Positions 16,802 to 25,439 of a DNA stretch of 52,174 nucleotides are shown in pieces. A program made the translations under genes and the position numbers. The DNA is from a virus (lineage: Duplodnaviria; Caudoviricetes). The DNA is taken from IMG/VR virus record IMGVR_UViG_3300025889_000166, positions 1 to 52,174 of that record. One strand, given 5' to 3'. Positions within the stretch are counted from its first letter, which is position 1; the number at the start of each line of letters is the position of its first letter. Under the pieces are notes generated by a model. The model did not search any database. It was not told where the DNA came from and was given only the letters and a program-made list of their open reading frames with translations.

Positions 16802-17685
16802 GCGACATTTTCTCGCCGGAGTTCCGCGAGGCTTTTACCGCGCGCCAGATGTCGCCAGTCTCAGCGGTGCCGAGCCCATTCCCGATGCTCAACGAGTTCA
16901 GCGGAGATGAGGGCGGCAAGGTCGGGACAGCGGACGGCTGGTTCGTCGTTGTCGGCGGCAACCCGAAACACGGGAAGACGATTCTCGCGATCAACTGGCT
17001 ATGGTCGGCACTCGCATCGGGACGAAAGCCGATGTTCGTATCGTTGGAGATGAGTCAGTGGCAAGTCGCGACGAGACTGTACGCGATGATGACGCGCACC
17101 GATCTCTGGAAGGTTGAGAAGCGCGGGTTCCGGCGTGAGCAGTTCAACCAGATATGGCGTGAGCTTGACCCGATTCGAAACGACTTGACGCTGTACGTGG
17201 ACGATACGCCTCTGGTCCGCACCGACGAGATCATCGCGTCGATGCAGAGGCACGCCGACGAGGGCGCAGACTTTTTCGTCGTGGACTATCTGCAACTCGC
17301 TGCGCTCGGCAATTCCGAGCAGATCAACGAGGCGGTCGTGATCGCGACGACTAACCTGCGACATTTTGCCAAGACGGTCGGCAAGCCGGTCATCGTGCTA
17401 AGTCAGTTCAACAGGCAGACGAGCATGAACTACACCGACACGCCGATGCCTCAAGGGCTGCACGGCGGCATGATCGTCGAGGCGTCGGCAGATCAGATCC
17501 TGCTCATCGACCATAGCCGCTACGAGAAACTACCGGGCAAGGCGCGGACGTGGCTCACGGTCACAAATCGCCACGGCCCGAGCGACGATATTCCGATCGA
17601 ATACATCTGGGAGACTCAGACCGTCCAGCAGGGCGACGAGGATCTCGAAGAGCAGTGGCCTACAAACACCCGAACCAACTTCTGA
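16798..17685 (+). CDS. DnaB-like replicative helicase (C-terminal RecA-type domain)
   Basis: Walker A GNPKHGKT, SLEMS, VVDYLQL, LSQFNR, NRHGP. Confidence 0.9.
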   Translation: MSDIFSPEFREAFTARQMSPVSAVPSPFPMLNEFSGDEGGKVGTADGWFVVVGGNPKHGKTILAINWLWSALASGRKPMFVSLEMSQWQVATRLYAMMTRTDLWKVEKRGFRREQFNQIWRELDPIRNDLTLYVDDTPLVRTDEIIASMQRHADEGADFFVVDYLQLAALGNSEQINEAVVIATTNLRHFAKTVGKPVIVLSQFNRQTSMNYTDTPMPQGLHGGMIVEASADQILLIDHSRYEKLPGKARTWLTVTNRHGPSDDIPIEYIWETQTVQQGDEDLEEQWPTNTRTNF

Positions 17686-17687
17686 CG

Positions 17688-17891
17688 ATGGCAATCACAA
17701 AGACCAAAATCCTGCAAGCTCTCCCCAAGCTCACTGACCAGCAGCGCGACATCATCACGCGCTACTACGGGCTGGGCCACGACCTACCCGAGTCGATGAC
17801 ACAGATCGCGACGAGGTATGGCGTCAGCGCACAACGCGTCTCGAAGATCCGCACAGACTGTGAGCAAAAGATCCTCGAAGGTACTCTGTGA
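17688..17891 (+). CDS. Sigma-70 region-4-like HTH protein
   Basis: ALPKLTDQQRDIITRYYGLG....SMTQIATRYGVSAQRVSKI. Confidence 0.8.
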   Translation: MAITKTKILQALPKLTDQQRDIITRYYGLGHDLPESMTQIATRYGVSAQRVSKIRTDCEQKILEGTL

Positions 17892-17897
17892 ATTAGG

Positions 17898-17958
17898 TGT
17901 TGACATCTCCAACGTGATGTATAGATTGATAGCATCAACCACCACTTAGGAGATTCAA
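17898..17958 (+). promoter_or_regulatory. Repeated early promoter module P2
   Basis: TTGACA 17900-05, 16-bp spacer, TAGATT; 38 bp identical to P1 (TGTATAGATTGATAGCATCAACCACCACTTAGGAGATT). Confidence 0.85.
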
Positions 17959-18327
17959 ATGATCGACACGACCTACACGCGCCTCGCCCAGCACGACCGC
18001 CCAGTGACCCGCTTCCTCGAAGGGCGCGAGTCCGCTCGCTCGACGATCGTGGTGATGCGCGACGGCAAGGCCACCAGCCTTCGGGTCTACTCCGACGACG
18101 CCGGTCACTACTACGTGAGGACGGGCAAGCGGGGCGCGACGAAGGAGCTGGTGGTCGGCCACACCTCGATCCACCCCGGACGCTACTCCTTCACGATCAA
18201 GCCACAATGGGAGATCGATAACGAGTGGATGGAGGAGCGCCGGTCGGAACGACGCCGGAACCGCCTCTATCGGATTGAGGCGCTGGCCCGCCAGATGGAG
18301 AGTCCGGCGCAGGAGGTGACAGCATGA
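17959..18327 (+). CDS. Hypothetical early protein
   Basis: First ORF after P2. Confidence 0.7.
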   Translation: MIDTTYTRLAQHDRPVTRFLEGRESARSTIVVMRDGKATSLRVYSDDAGHYYVRTGKRGATKELVVGHTSIHPGRYSFTIKPQWEIDNEWMEERRSERRRNRLYRIEALARQMESPAQEVTA

Positions 18328-18548
18328 GCGCCTCGGTCTGCGTAGGCTGCGAGGGTGAGGGCTGGGTGATCGCATGGGGCCGCACGAGCGCCCCAGTCGC
18401 GAGCCCGCCCGAGGTGAAGGTCGAGTGCGGTGACTGCGACGGCGAGGGAATCGACTGGTCGCAGACGTGTGAATATTGCGGTGACGCTGCGAGTGCTACG
18501 GTGAAAGACGACACTCGGTACTGCGTCACCTGTGCGAAAGAAGTGTGA
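18324..18548 (+). CDS. Small zinc-finger protein (CxxCxGxG)
   Basis: CVGCEGEG...CGDCDGEG...CEYC...CVTC; AGGAGG RBS. Confidence 0.7.
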   Translation: MSASVCVGCEGEGWVIAWGRTSAPVASPPEVKVECGDCDGEGIDWSQTCEYCGDAASATVKDDTRYCVTCAKEV

Positions 18549-18702
18549 TGTATGTCGGTCCTCGGAGGGACAAATCTCAAAGACCACAGCGGTTGCCACA
18601 TCCCGCTCGTCGGATCTCCTAGTCCCGGACGTGGTGGTCCTGCCGACTTGTTAGCGGTCGCGATTCGAGGCGCGACCCTGACCTCTAGCTAGGAGGTGAA
18701 GC

Positions 18703-18924
18703 ATGACGGTACGAATCCGATGCGCTTGCTGTGGCTCGTCAGTGAGCTTCGACGTTCCGAAAGGCGCGACCTACTGCGAGGAGGAATACCAGTGCGCCGC
18801 GTGCTGGCGCATGATGACGGTCAGCTTCGCGGTGCATCACGAAGCGCCGAGCACTTGGTGGCTTGAGATCAGCCATCACGACGAGACGCTCGCGCCACGC
18901 ACATACACCACAGGAGGACGATGA
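18703..18924 (+). CDS. Small zinc-ribbon protein
   Basis: CACCG...CAACW; AGGAGGTG RBS. Confidence 0.65.
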   Translation: MTVRIRCACCGSSVSFDVPKGATYCEEEYQCAACWRMMTVSFAVHHEAPSTWWLEISHHDETLAPRTYTTGGR

Positions 18925-19898
18925 TGCAGCACCCGACTCAGATGACGGACGACGAGTTCCGGGTATGGCTTGACGGCAAGCGTCGAGGGATCGGCGGCTA
19001 TGACATCGCGGTGCTCATGGGAGCAGGTGGCGAGCCCTACGATGTGTATGCGAAGTTCGTGGACCTTCGCGACGAGGTTCGCCCGACGCCAGCCATGAGG
19101 CGCGGCCTCGCGATGGAGACGGCAGCGATTGAGGTGATGAGCGAGGCGAGCGGTATCGCCGTGACGCCATCAACCGACGACGACCGATGGCTGCGCGACG
19201 GCAAGCTCGTCGGCACCGTGGACGGCTGGGCCGAGCCTGACGGAAAGCTCGTGCCGTTAGAGTGGGGCACCGGCATCTGCGAGGCGAAGGTTCCCGACTC
19301 GTACACGTGGCCGCGCTACGTAGAGCAGGGAGTCACCGACACGAACTACCTTCAGCTTCAGTGGTATCTCGGACTCAGCGGAAAGCGGTGGGGCTGCTTC
19401 GCGGTGTTGTCGTACGAGGACTGGCGAACGCTCGGCGGCTCGACTCCTCCGATCGTGGAGTTCGACCCGGTATTGTACGAGACGATGCGCGAGACAGCCG
19501 AGGCGTTCTTGCACGATCACGTGTATCCGAGAGTTCCTCCTCCGCAGGTTGGTGGCGTGGACCCGCTCGACATTGACCGCGCACCTGTAGGCAAGGAGCA
19601 GGCGCAACTCGAAGCGCACGAGCACATCGCAGCGGTGACTCGCTACTTCGAGGCACTCGCCCGAAAAAAGGCGGCAGAGGCCGACGTGAAGGTGTACCGG
19701 GAAGAGGTCGAGCAAATCTTCACAGACCTCGACGCAGTGACTCTCGCGCTCGACGATCGCAAGCTACACTGGTCGCCATCGACACGGAGATCACTCGACA
19801 CGAACGCGGTCAAGCGGTTCCTGAAATCGAACGGCGTAGACGTGGACGAGTTCATGCGCGAAACCAGCACGCGGTCGATGCGTGCGGTCGGTATCTAA
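18921..19898 (+). CDS. YqaJ-like viral recombinase exonuclease
   Basis: WL..RRGIGGYD, MRRGLAME, GTVDG, EAK, YLQLQWY. Confidence 0.9.
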   Translation: MMQHPTQMTDDEFRVWLDGKRRGIGGYDIAVLMGAGGEPYDVYAKFVDLRDEVRPTPAMRRGLAMETAAIEVMSEASGIAVTPSTDDDRWLRDGKLVGTVDGWAEPDGKLVPLEWGTGICEAKVPDSYTWPRYVEQGVTDTNYLQLQWYLGLSGKRWGCFAVLSYEDWRTLGGSTPPIVEFDPVLYETMRETAEAFLHDHVYPRVPPPQVGGVDPLDIDRAPVGKEQAQLEAHEHIAAVTRYFEALARKKAAEADVKVYREEVEQIFTDLDAVTLALDDRKLHWSPSTRRSLDTNAVKRFLKSNGVDVDEFMRETSTRSMRAVGI

Positions 19899-19915
19899 CA
19901 GTGAGGAGAAATGAT

Positions 19916-20038
19916 ATGAGCCTGACGACCATATTCTTTGTGGGACTGTTTCTCGGGTCATTAATGGGTCTGTTCTCAGCAGCACTTGCGTGTATCGCCA
20001 AAGACTCGGACGACCGCATGAGGCGCTGGTACGAGTGA
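19916..20038 (+). CDS. Small membrane protein (40 aa)
   Basis: GAGGAG RBS; MSLTTIFFVGLFLGSLMGLFSAALACIAKDSD. Confidence 0.55.
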   Translation: MSLTTIFFVGLFLGSLMGLFSAALACIAKDSDDRMRRWYE

Positions 20039-20520
20039 GCATCGCGATCACACGTAGAGGCTACTACCGCGTCATCGTAAACGGTGGTCAGTTTAGCCAG
20101 CACGCGGACCCGAACGAGGCGATCGAAAACGCTGCGGAGGTGTTGGCGACTGACCCGAGCGTCATGGTCGAGATCCTGCCTCCGCGCATCACGGTCGAGT
20201 CGAAAGCTGCTGGCCCAGTCACGCTACCGAGTACACCGCCACCACAGTCCGATGGCGGGATGGATCTGGTGGACTTCTTGACCATGCTCGACGAACAGGC
20301 GCACGGTCCTCTCGTCGTCGGTACGGTCGTTGATGCTCCCGACTTCTACACAGGCATCCAGAAGCTCACGGTCGATCACCGTGACTCGGGCTCGTGGTTG
20401 GCACAGCGGTTGGCGGTCATGGACGCAGACGGCATCCCGCAGCGCGTCGGCCTGACGTGGCGAGGGTACGTGCTGCTCTGGAATCTGCGAGACCGAGACG
20501 CCATCAGAGTCGGGACGTAG
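20035..20520 (+). CDS. Hypothetical protein
   Basis: GTG start overlapping upstream stop; 161 aa. Confidence 0.6.
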   Translation: MSIAITRRGYYRVIVNGGQFSQHADPNEAIENAAEVLATDPSVMVEILPPRITVESKAAGPVTLPSTPPPQSDGGMDLVDFLTMLDEQAHGPLVVGTVVDAPDFYTGIQKLTVDHRDSGSWLAQRLAVMDADGIPQRVGLTWRGYVLLWNLRDRDAIRVGT

Positions 20521-20521
20521 C

Positions 20522-20938
20522 GTGTTCGTCTCCGATGAGGACGAGGACAACGAGCGCGAGGTAGCCGCGATTCTCGAACGGCGCTGGCGCTGCAAGCTGC
20601 GGAAGTTCGGCAAGCTCGACCCGATCGACTGGTGGGCCGAACGAGACGGCAAGGTCGTCGCGTTCGTCGAGCTGAAGTGCCGGAAGATCCCATCGACGAA
20701 ATACGCGACCGTGTTCGTGACGCTGCGGAAATGGCTCGACCTGCTCCGCGCTCACGAGTGGACGATCGACGGCGTTCCCTCTTTGATCGTCGTGCGCTGG
20801 ACAGACCGGATCGGCTACTACGAGATCACCGACCTGCCGCCCGGTCGCCTGTCAGTCCTACGCCGACGAGAGCACCGCGTCGAGCAAGACACCGAGCCAG
20901 CGTGGGAGCTTCCGATCAGCGGGTTCACGTGGTTGTGA
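20522..20938 (+). CDS. PD-(D/E)xK-type nuclease
   Basis: NEREVA...PIDW...FVELKCR. Confidence 0.7.
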   Translation: MFVSDEDEDNEREVAAILERRWRCKLRKFGKLDPIDWWAERDGKVVAFVELKCRKIPSTKYATVFVTLRKWLDLLRAHEWTIDGVPSLIVVRWTDRIGYYEITDLPPGRLSVLRRREHRVEQDTEPAWELPISGFTWL

Positions 20939-20945
20939 AATTAGG

Positions 20946-21008
20946 TGTTGACACCATCAACGCCATGTGTATGTTTCAGTTATCAACCACCACCAAGGAG
21001 ATCGAAAG
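20946..21008 (+). promoter_or_regulatory. Repeated early promoter module P3 (second operator degenerate)
   Basis: TTGACA 20948-53, 16-bp spacer, TATGTT; GTTGA-CACCA-TCAAC palindrome; ATCAACCACCACCAAGGAGAT leader. Confidence 0.8.
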
Positions 21009-21251
21009 ATGACTCAGGAACTCGTAAACGCACTCAGCAACGCCCGCCACCACGTCGAGTGCCTCGTACCACAGGTACTCCTGACCACCAACGCCCTCAA
21101 CTACACGTGGGTCGATGGTGGCGCAGTCATGGATGCGGTGGAGGGCCATGTCCGGTATCTGCACGCGGAGCCTGCTGCCGACAGCCTGACCGCAGTGCTG
21201 CCGGGGCACGGTCTTTTCACAGTGACCAAGACCGGGGAGGTGTACCGATGA
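21009..21251 (+). CDS. Hypothetical early protein
   Basis: First ORF after P3, AAGGAG RBS. Confidence 0.65.
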   Translation: MTQELVNALSNARHHVECLVPQVLLTTNALNYTWVDGGAVMDAVEGHVRYLHAEPAADSLTAVLPGHGLFTVTKTGEVYR

Positions 21252-21637
21252 GCGCGTTCATCTGCGACCCTCGCACGATCGGAGCCGCTGCCGCGTACAT
21301 CGCCAGCACAGAGCGAGCAGACGAGCAAGAGGCGCGGCGTCTAGCGGTCAAGCTCGCCGTCGCGAACATCGTGAGCATCGACGCTCGGTACGGAGAGGGC
21401 GAGGGCGAGAAGTGGGCCGGAGACGGTTTCGCCTTCGAGTGTGCAAGTGCAGCCTCGCAGATCATCGCGGCACCTGTATCACGGGAACGTGCCCTCGGCG
21501 CTCTTCAGTGCCTTCAGTACCAGAGCTGCGAGTTCGAGGGCTACGCCGGAACGGAGCAGGGCAAGATCACCGAGGAGGCCATCGTCGGCCTCGTAGATGC
21601 GGGCGTGAAGCCCGAAGGATGGGATAGCTGGGTATGA
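21248..21637 (+). CDS. Conserved phage hypothetical protein
   Basis: MSAFIC...N..SIDARY...LQCLQYQSCE pattern; GGAGG RBS. Confidence 0.7.
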   Translation: MSAFICDPRTIGAAAAYIASTERADEQEARRLAVKLAVANIVSIDARYGEGEGEKWAGDGFAFECASAASQIIAAPVSRERALGALQCLQYQSCEFEGYAGTEQGKITEEAIVGLVDAGVKPEGWDSWV

Positions 21638-23844
21638 GCGATTATTCCGACTTCTTGGCAAGTAAGGCGATCACCGATCTGCCCACGGGCATTTCGATCT
21701 CAGGAGCACTTAACACCCACCTGTTCCCGTTCCAGCGAGATGTCGTCAGATGGTCTTTACGACGCGGCAGGTCAGCGGTGTTCGCTGATTGCGGCATGGG
21801 AAAAACGCTCATGCAGCTTGCATGGGCTGAACACGTACCCGGACCTGTTTTGATTTTGGCCCCGTTGGCTGTTGCACAGCAAACAGTACGCGAGGGTCAA
21901 AAGTTTGGGATCGACGTGGAATACGTTCGCCAGCAACCGAAAGATCACGGGAGTCGCGTCTACATCACGAACTATGAGATGCTAGATCACTTCGATGCCT
22001 CGAAGTGGCACGGTGTCGTGTTGGATGAGTCAAGCATAATCAAGCACAAAGATGGAGCGTTTCGGAGACAACTGATCGAAGATTTCTCATCTGTGCCGTT
22101 TCGACTGGCCTGCACTGCGACGCCTGCTCCAAATGACTTCACTGAGTTGGGCAATCATTCAGAGTTTCTTGGGGGACTCTCAATGACTGAGATGCTCAGC
22201 ACGTTCTTTGTGCATGACGGCGGCTCGACACAAAACTGGAGACTGAAAGGGCACGCTGTTTCTGAGTTTTGGCGATGGGTGTGTTCATGGGCTGTCATGC
22301 TCCGCAAGCCTTCGGATCTCGGATACGATGATGAAGGTTTCAATCTTCCGGGCTTGGTCTATCACGATCATGTAATCCGCACAGAGACGGCACCTGAAGG
22401 CTTCCTCTTCCCGGTGCAAGCCGAAACGTTGCAAGAGAGACTAGCGGCTCGTCGATCCACAATCGCGGAGCGGGTCGCAGAGTGCGCGGCTCACGTAAAC
22501 AACTCAACCGAGCCTTGGGTTGTCTGGTGCAACCTGAACGATGAATCGAAGGCCCTCGCAGATGCGATCCCTGACGCGGTTGAGGTGAGCGGCTCTGATT
22601 CTAACGATGTCAAAGAGGATCGCTTGCTTGGTTTTTCAGAGGGTCGTTTCCGCGTACTCGTCACGAAGCCGAAGATCGCTGGTCATGGTATGAACTGGCA
22701 GCATTGTTCCAATGTGGCTTTCGTCGGATTGTCTGATTCGTGGGAGCAGTATTACCAAGCCGTGAGGCGATGCTGGCGTTTCGGGCAAGAGCAGGATGTG
22801 GACGTTCACATTTACACTGCTGAGACGGAGGGTGCAGTTGTCGCAAACATCAAACGCAAAGAAGCAGATGCACTCACGATGGTCGAGGAAATGACGGCGC
22901 AGATGAGAGACTTGAACAGAGAGGACGTGCGAGGCATGGAAAAAGAATCCGTTGAATACGTGACAGATCACGAAAGTGGCGCAGGATGGGATCTCCACCT
23001 CGGGGACTGCGTTGATGTGGTCAAGTCTCTTGAAACAGACTCAATCGACTTTTCGGTTTTTTCGCCACCTTTCGAGAGCCTGTACACGTACACGGCCACG
23101 GATAGAGACATGGGGAATTGTCGATCCTCAGAGGAGTTTGCCGAGCACTTCAAGTTTCTTGTGGATGACTTGTTCCGCGTCATCAAGCCGGGGCGATTGG
23201 TTTCTTTTCACTGCATGAACCTTCCGACTTCTAAGGTCCGTGACGGGGTGATTGGTATTCGAGACTTCCGCGGTGAGTTGATCCGTATGTTTCAGGCTGC
23301 TGGGTTCATCTATCATTCAGAGGTCTGTATCTGGAAAGATCCAGTCACGGCGATGCAGAGGACCAAGGCGCTCGGATTGCTACACAAGCAGCTAAAGAAA
23401 GACGCCTGCATGAGTCGTCAGGGAATCGCAGACTATCTCGTCACGATGCGGAAGCCGGGAGAGAACCCGAACCCCGTCACAAACACGAACGAGACTTTCC
23501 CGGTACAGCTATGGCAGAACTACGCATCTCCTGTATGGATGGACATTAACCCCTCCGACACACTGCAATACCGGAGCGCAAGGGAGCATGACGACGAACG
23601 CCACATCTGCCCGCTTCAGCTTGAAGTGATCCGTCGTGCTATTCGGCTTTGGACGAACGAAGGGGATCTGGTATTGTCCCCATTCACGGGTATAGGCTCC
23701 GAAGGCCATGTTGCCATCGAGGAGGGGCGCAGGTTCGTAGGCGCAGAGCTGAAGGAGTCTTACTTCAAGCAGGCTTGTAAGAATCTGGACGCTGCCCAGT
23801 CCTCTCGTGTGGACTTGTTCGCTTCTGCTGGCGTAGTGGTATGA
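21634..23844 (+). CDS. SNF2-like helicase fused to N4/N6 DNA methyltransferase
   Basis: ADCGMGKT, LDESS, TATPAPND, QAVRRCWRFGQ; then FSPPF catalytic motif and VLSPFTGIGS SAM-binding motif. Confidence 0.9.
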   Translation: MSDYSDFLASKAITDLPTGISISGALNTHLFPFQRDVVRWSLRRGRSAVFADCGMGKTLMQLAWAEHVPGPVLILAPLAVAQQTVREGQKFGIDVEYVRQQPKDHGSRVYITNYEMLDHFDASKWHGVVLDESSIIKHKDGAFRRQLIEDFSSVPFRLACTATPAPNDFTELGNHSEFLGGLSMTEMLSTFFVHDGGSTQNWRLKGHAVSEFWRWVCSWAVMLRKPSDLGYDDEGFNLPGLVYHDHVIRTETAPEGFLFPVQAETLQERLAARRSTIAERVAECAAHVNNSTEPWVVWCNLNDESKALADAIPDAVEVSGSDSNDVKEDRLLGFSEGRFRVLVTKPKIAGHGMNWQHCSNVAFVGLSDSWEQYYQAVRRCWRFGQEQDVDVHIYTAETEGAVVANIKRKEADALTMVEEMTAQMRDLNREDVRGMEKESVEYVTDHESGAGWDLHLGDCVDVVKSLETDSIDFSVFSPPFESLYTYTATDRDMGNCRSSEEFAEHFKFLVDDLFRVIKPGRLVSFHCMNLPTSKVRDGVIGIRDFRGELIRMFQAAGFIYHSEVCIWKDPVTAMQRTKALGLLHKQLKKDACMSRQGIADYLVTMRKPGENPNPVTNTNETFPVQLWQNYASPVWMDINPSDTLQYRSAREHDDERHICPLQLEVIRRAIRLWTNEGDLVLSPFTGIGSEGHVAIEEGRRFVGAELKESYFKQACKNLDAAQSSRVDLFASAGVVV

Positions 23845-24062
23845 TTGGAGTCAAGGGAGCGCCACGGCACGTTGGACTAATGGATCGTACAAAGATCTGC
23901 GAAGCGTGCGGCGACATCTTCGCAAAGCCCTCGAATCAGCCGTGGGGCCGATGGCGTAAGCGTCGGTTCTGCTCACACGAGTGCTGGTGGATGACGAGGC
24001 CCAACTGGAACAGGTACGCAAACCAGAATGTGCCGCTCCAAGAGGATGAGCGGGATGCTTAG
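23841..24062 (+). CDS. Small Cys-rich protein
   Basis: CEACG..F.....RRFCSHEC. Confidence 0.6.
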   Translation: MIGVKGAPRHVGLMDRTKICEACGDIFAKPSNQPWGRWRKRRFCSHECWWMTRPNWNRYANQNVPLQEDERDA

Positions 24063-25242
24063 GGTCGGTAGCCTGTTCTCAGGGATCGGAGGATTGGAGC
24101 TTGGCCTAGAGCGGGCAGGGATGGAGGTGGTGTTCCAAGCCGAATACGACAAACAACCGCGTCGGGTGCTCGCGAGGCACTGGCCCGACGTCCACAGATA
24201 CGAGGATGTGCATGATGTCAGGATTTCACGAGAACTTGTCCGCGAGCGTAACGACGGAGTCGATAGCGAAGGCTCTCCGCGCTGGCGCCAGCGCGAACTA
24301 TCAAGGGGTGGTCCCCGGAATGGTGGAGGACCGACAGCCAATGCCGGACCAGTTGACGTTATTTGCGGAGGATTCCCGTGCCAAGATTACAGCGTTGCAG
24401 GAAAGCGCGGCGGCTTGGCTGGAGACCGTGGCGCGCTCTGGTGGGAAATGCACCGGATCGTTGCTGAGCAGCGCCCCACGTGGGTTGTCGGAGAAAATGT
24501 GTCTGGCCTCCTCTCATCGAACGGAGGAGCCGACTTCCGTACCATCATCGCCTCGCTTGTACAACTCGGGTATGGCGTCACATGGGCTACTATGGACAGC
24601 CAATACTTCGGAGTGGCGCAACGACGGAGACGCCTGTTCATTATCGGACATTCTGGAGGAGTCCCCAGACCCGAAATACTCGCTATCTCCGAGGGCTTGT
24701 TCGGGCATCCTGCGCCGAGCAGAGAAGAGGGGCCGGGTGCTGCCGAAGGCGTTGAGGCTCGCACTTACAGCAAGACAACAGCACAACCAGACTACGACAA
24801 TTGGGACGCAGCAGCAGTGAACCGAACGCTATCAACCTTCGAGAACGCGAGCGATGTGCGGGCGAGCACGATAGTCCTCGCAGGTGACGGTGCCAACGCA
24901 GAGATCACCACGGACTCGTCACCGGGGCTGGGTCCGACGCTGAAGGTGGGGTCCGGTATCGGGATTACCACGATCCCTCGCCGCCTCACCCCGAAAGAGT
25001 GCGAACGCCTACAAGGCTTCCCAGACGGTTGGACAGCACGATACGACGACGGGACAAAAGTAGCTGACGGCCCACGATATCGGATGCTCGGCAACGCGGT
25101 AACTGTGAGCGTGGCTGAATGGATCGGGAGACGAATCATGCAAGCCGAGAAACAAGACAGGGCGCGGATAGGATTCGACGCTTCGCAAGACTCGCAAGAG
25201 AACGGAGCGGACCCCGGTTCGACTCTGGGCGCGTCCATGTAG
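24055..25242 (+). CDS. C5-cytosine DNA methyltransferase (alpha polypeptide)
   Basis: SLFSGIGG, GGFPCQ, ENVSG, QRRRR, RRLTPKECERLQGFPDGWT, RYRMLGNAV; start could be 24046. Confidence 0.92.
   Translation: MLRVGSLFSGIGGLELGLERAGMEVVFQAEYDKQPRRVLARHWPDVHRYEDVHDVRISRELVRERNDGVDSEGSPRWRQRELSRGGPRNGGGPTANAGPVDVICGGFPCQDYSVAGKRGGLAGDRGALWWEMHRIVAEQRPTWVVGENVSGLLSSNGGADFRTIIASLVQLGYGVTWATMDSQYFGVAQRRRRLFIIGHSGGVPRPEILAISEGLFGHPAPSREEGPGAAEGVEARTYSKTTAQPDYDNWDAAAVNRTLSTFENASDVRASTIVLAGDGANAEITTDSSPGLGPTLKVGSGIGITTIPRRLTPKECERLQGFPDGWTARYDDGTKVADGPRYRMLGNAVTVSVAEWIGRRIMQAEKQDRARIGFDASQDSQENGADPGSTLGASM
24341..24820 (+). CDS. Nested out-of-frame MTase beta polypeptide (M.EcoHK31I-beta-like)
   Basis: Own GGAGGA RBS; SLSDILE...KYSLSPRACSGILRRAEKRGRVLP..L..AL motif in the +1 frame inside the MTase gene. 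Confidence 0.7.
   Translation: MPDQLTLFAEDSRAKITALQESAAAWLETVARSGGKCTGSLLSSAPRGLSEKMCLASSHRTEEPTSVPSSPRLYNSGMASHGLLWTANTSEWRNDGDACSLSDILEESPDPKYSLSPRACSGILRRAEKRGRVLPKALRLALTARQQHNQTTTIGTQQQ
25160..25237 (+). ncRNA. Minimal tmRNA: tRNA-like domain only, no mRNA-like domain
   Basis: Acceptor GGGCGCG/CGCGTCC-A with G3.U70 and A73; stemless D-loop GATAGGATTCGA; helix 2a CGCTTCG/CGGAGCG; GAC linker; T-arm CCCGG-TTCGACT-CTGGG; interior only CTC-GCAA-GAG. Confidence 0.85.
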
Positions 25243-25339
25243 AACAGGCTCGGGAAGCGCGTCTGATATGTCATGCAGAGCTTAACCGTGGGACGCGCAC
25301 GGCACGGGGGTGGTTCCTCGGTAGCCATAAGACAGCGCA

Positions 25340-25372
25340 GCCCTCGTCAGCTTCGGCGGGCGGGGGCTTCGC
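25340..25372 (+). terminator. Putative terminator hairpin
   Basis: GCCCTCGTCAGC-TTCG-GCGGGCGGGGGC, weak U-tract; before terminase genes. Confidence 0.5.
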
Positions 25373-25439
25373 ACTTCACAGAACCCACTCGCGCGTCCTA
25401 CCTTTGAGACTCAACCCAACCCCAACACGGAACGGGTGG

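Noticed and set aside
25160-25237. Ordinary tRNA, or an attP fragment of a host ssrA gene
   Set aside because: No D-stem or anticodon arm; both 5' and 3' ends are present and pair with each other, whereas attP carries only one end; no integrase found
25290-25330. HDV-like/theta ribozyme after the tRNA-like element (TTCCTCG resembles loop L3)
   Set aside because: Flanking bases cannot form P3 and no P1/P1.1/P2 nesting could be built
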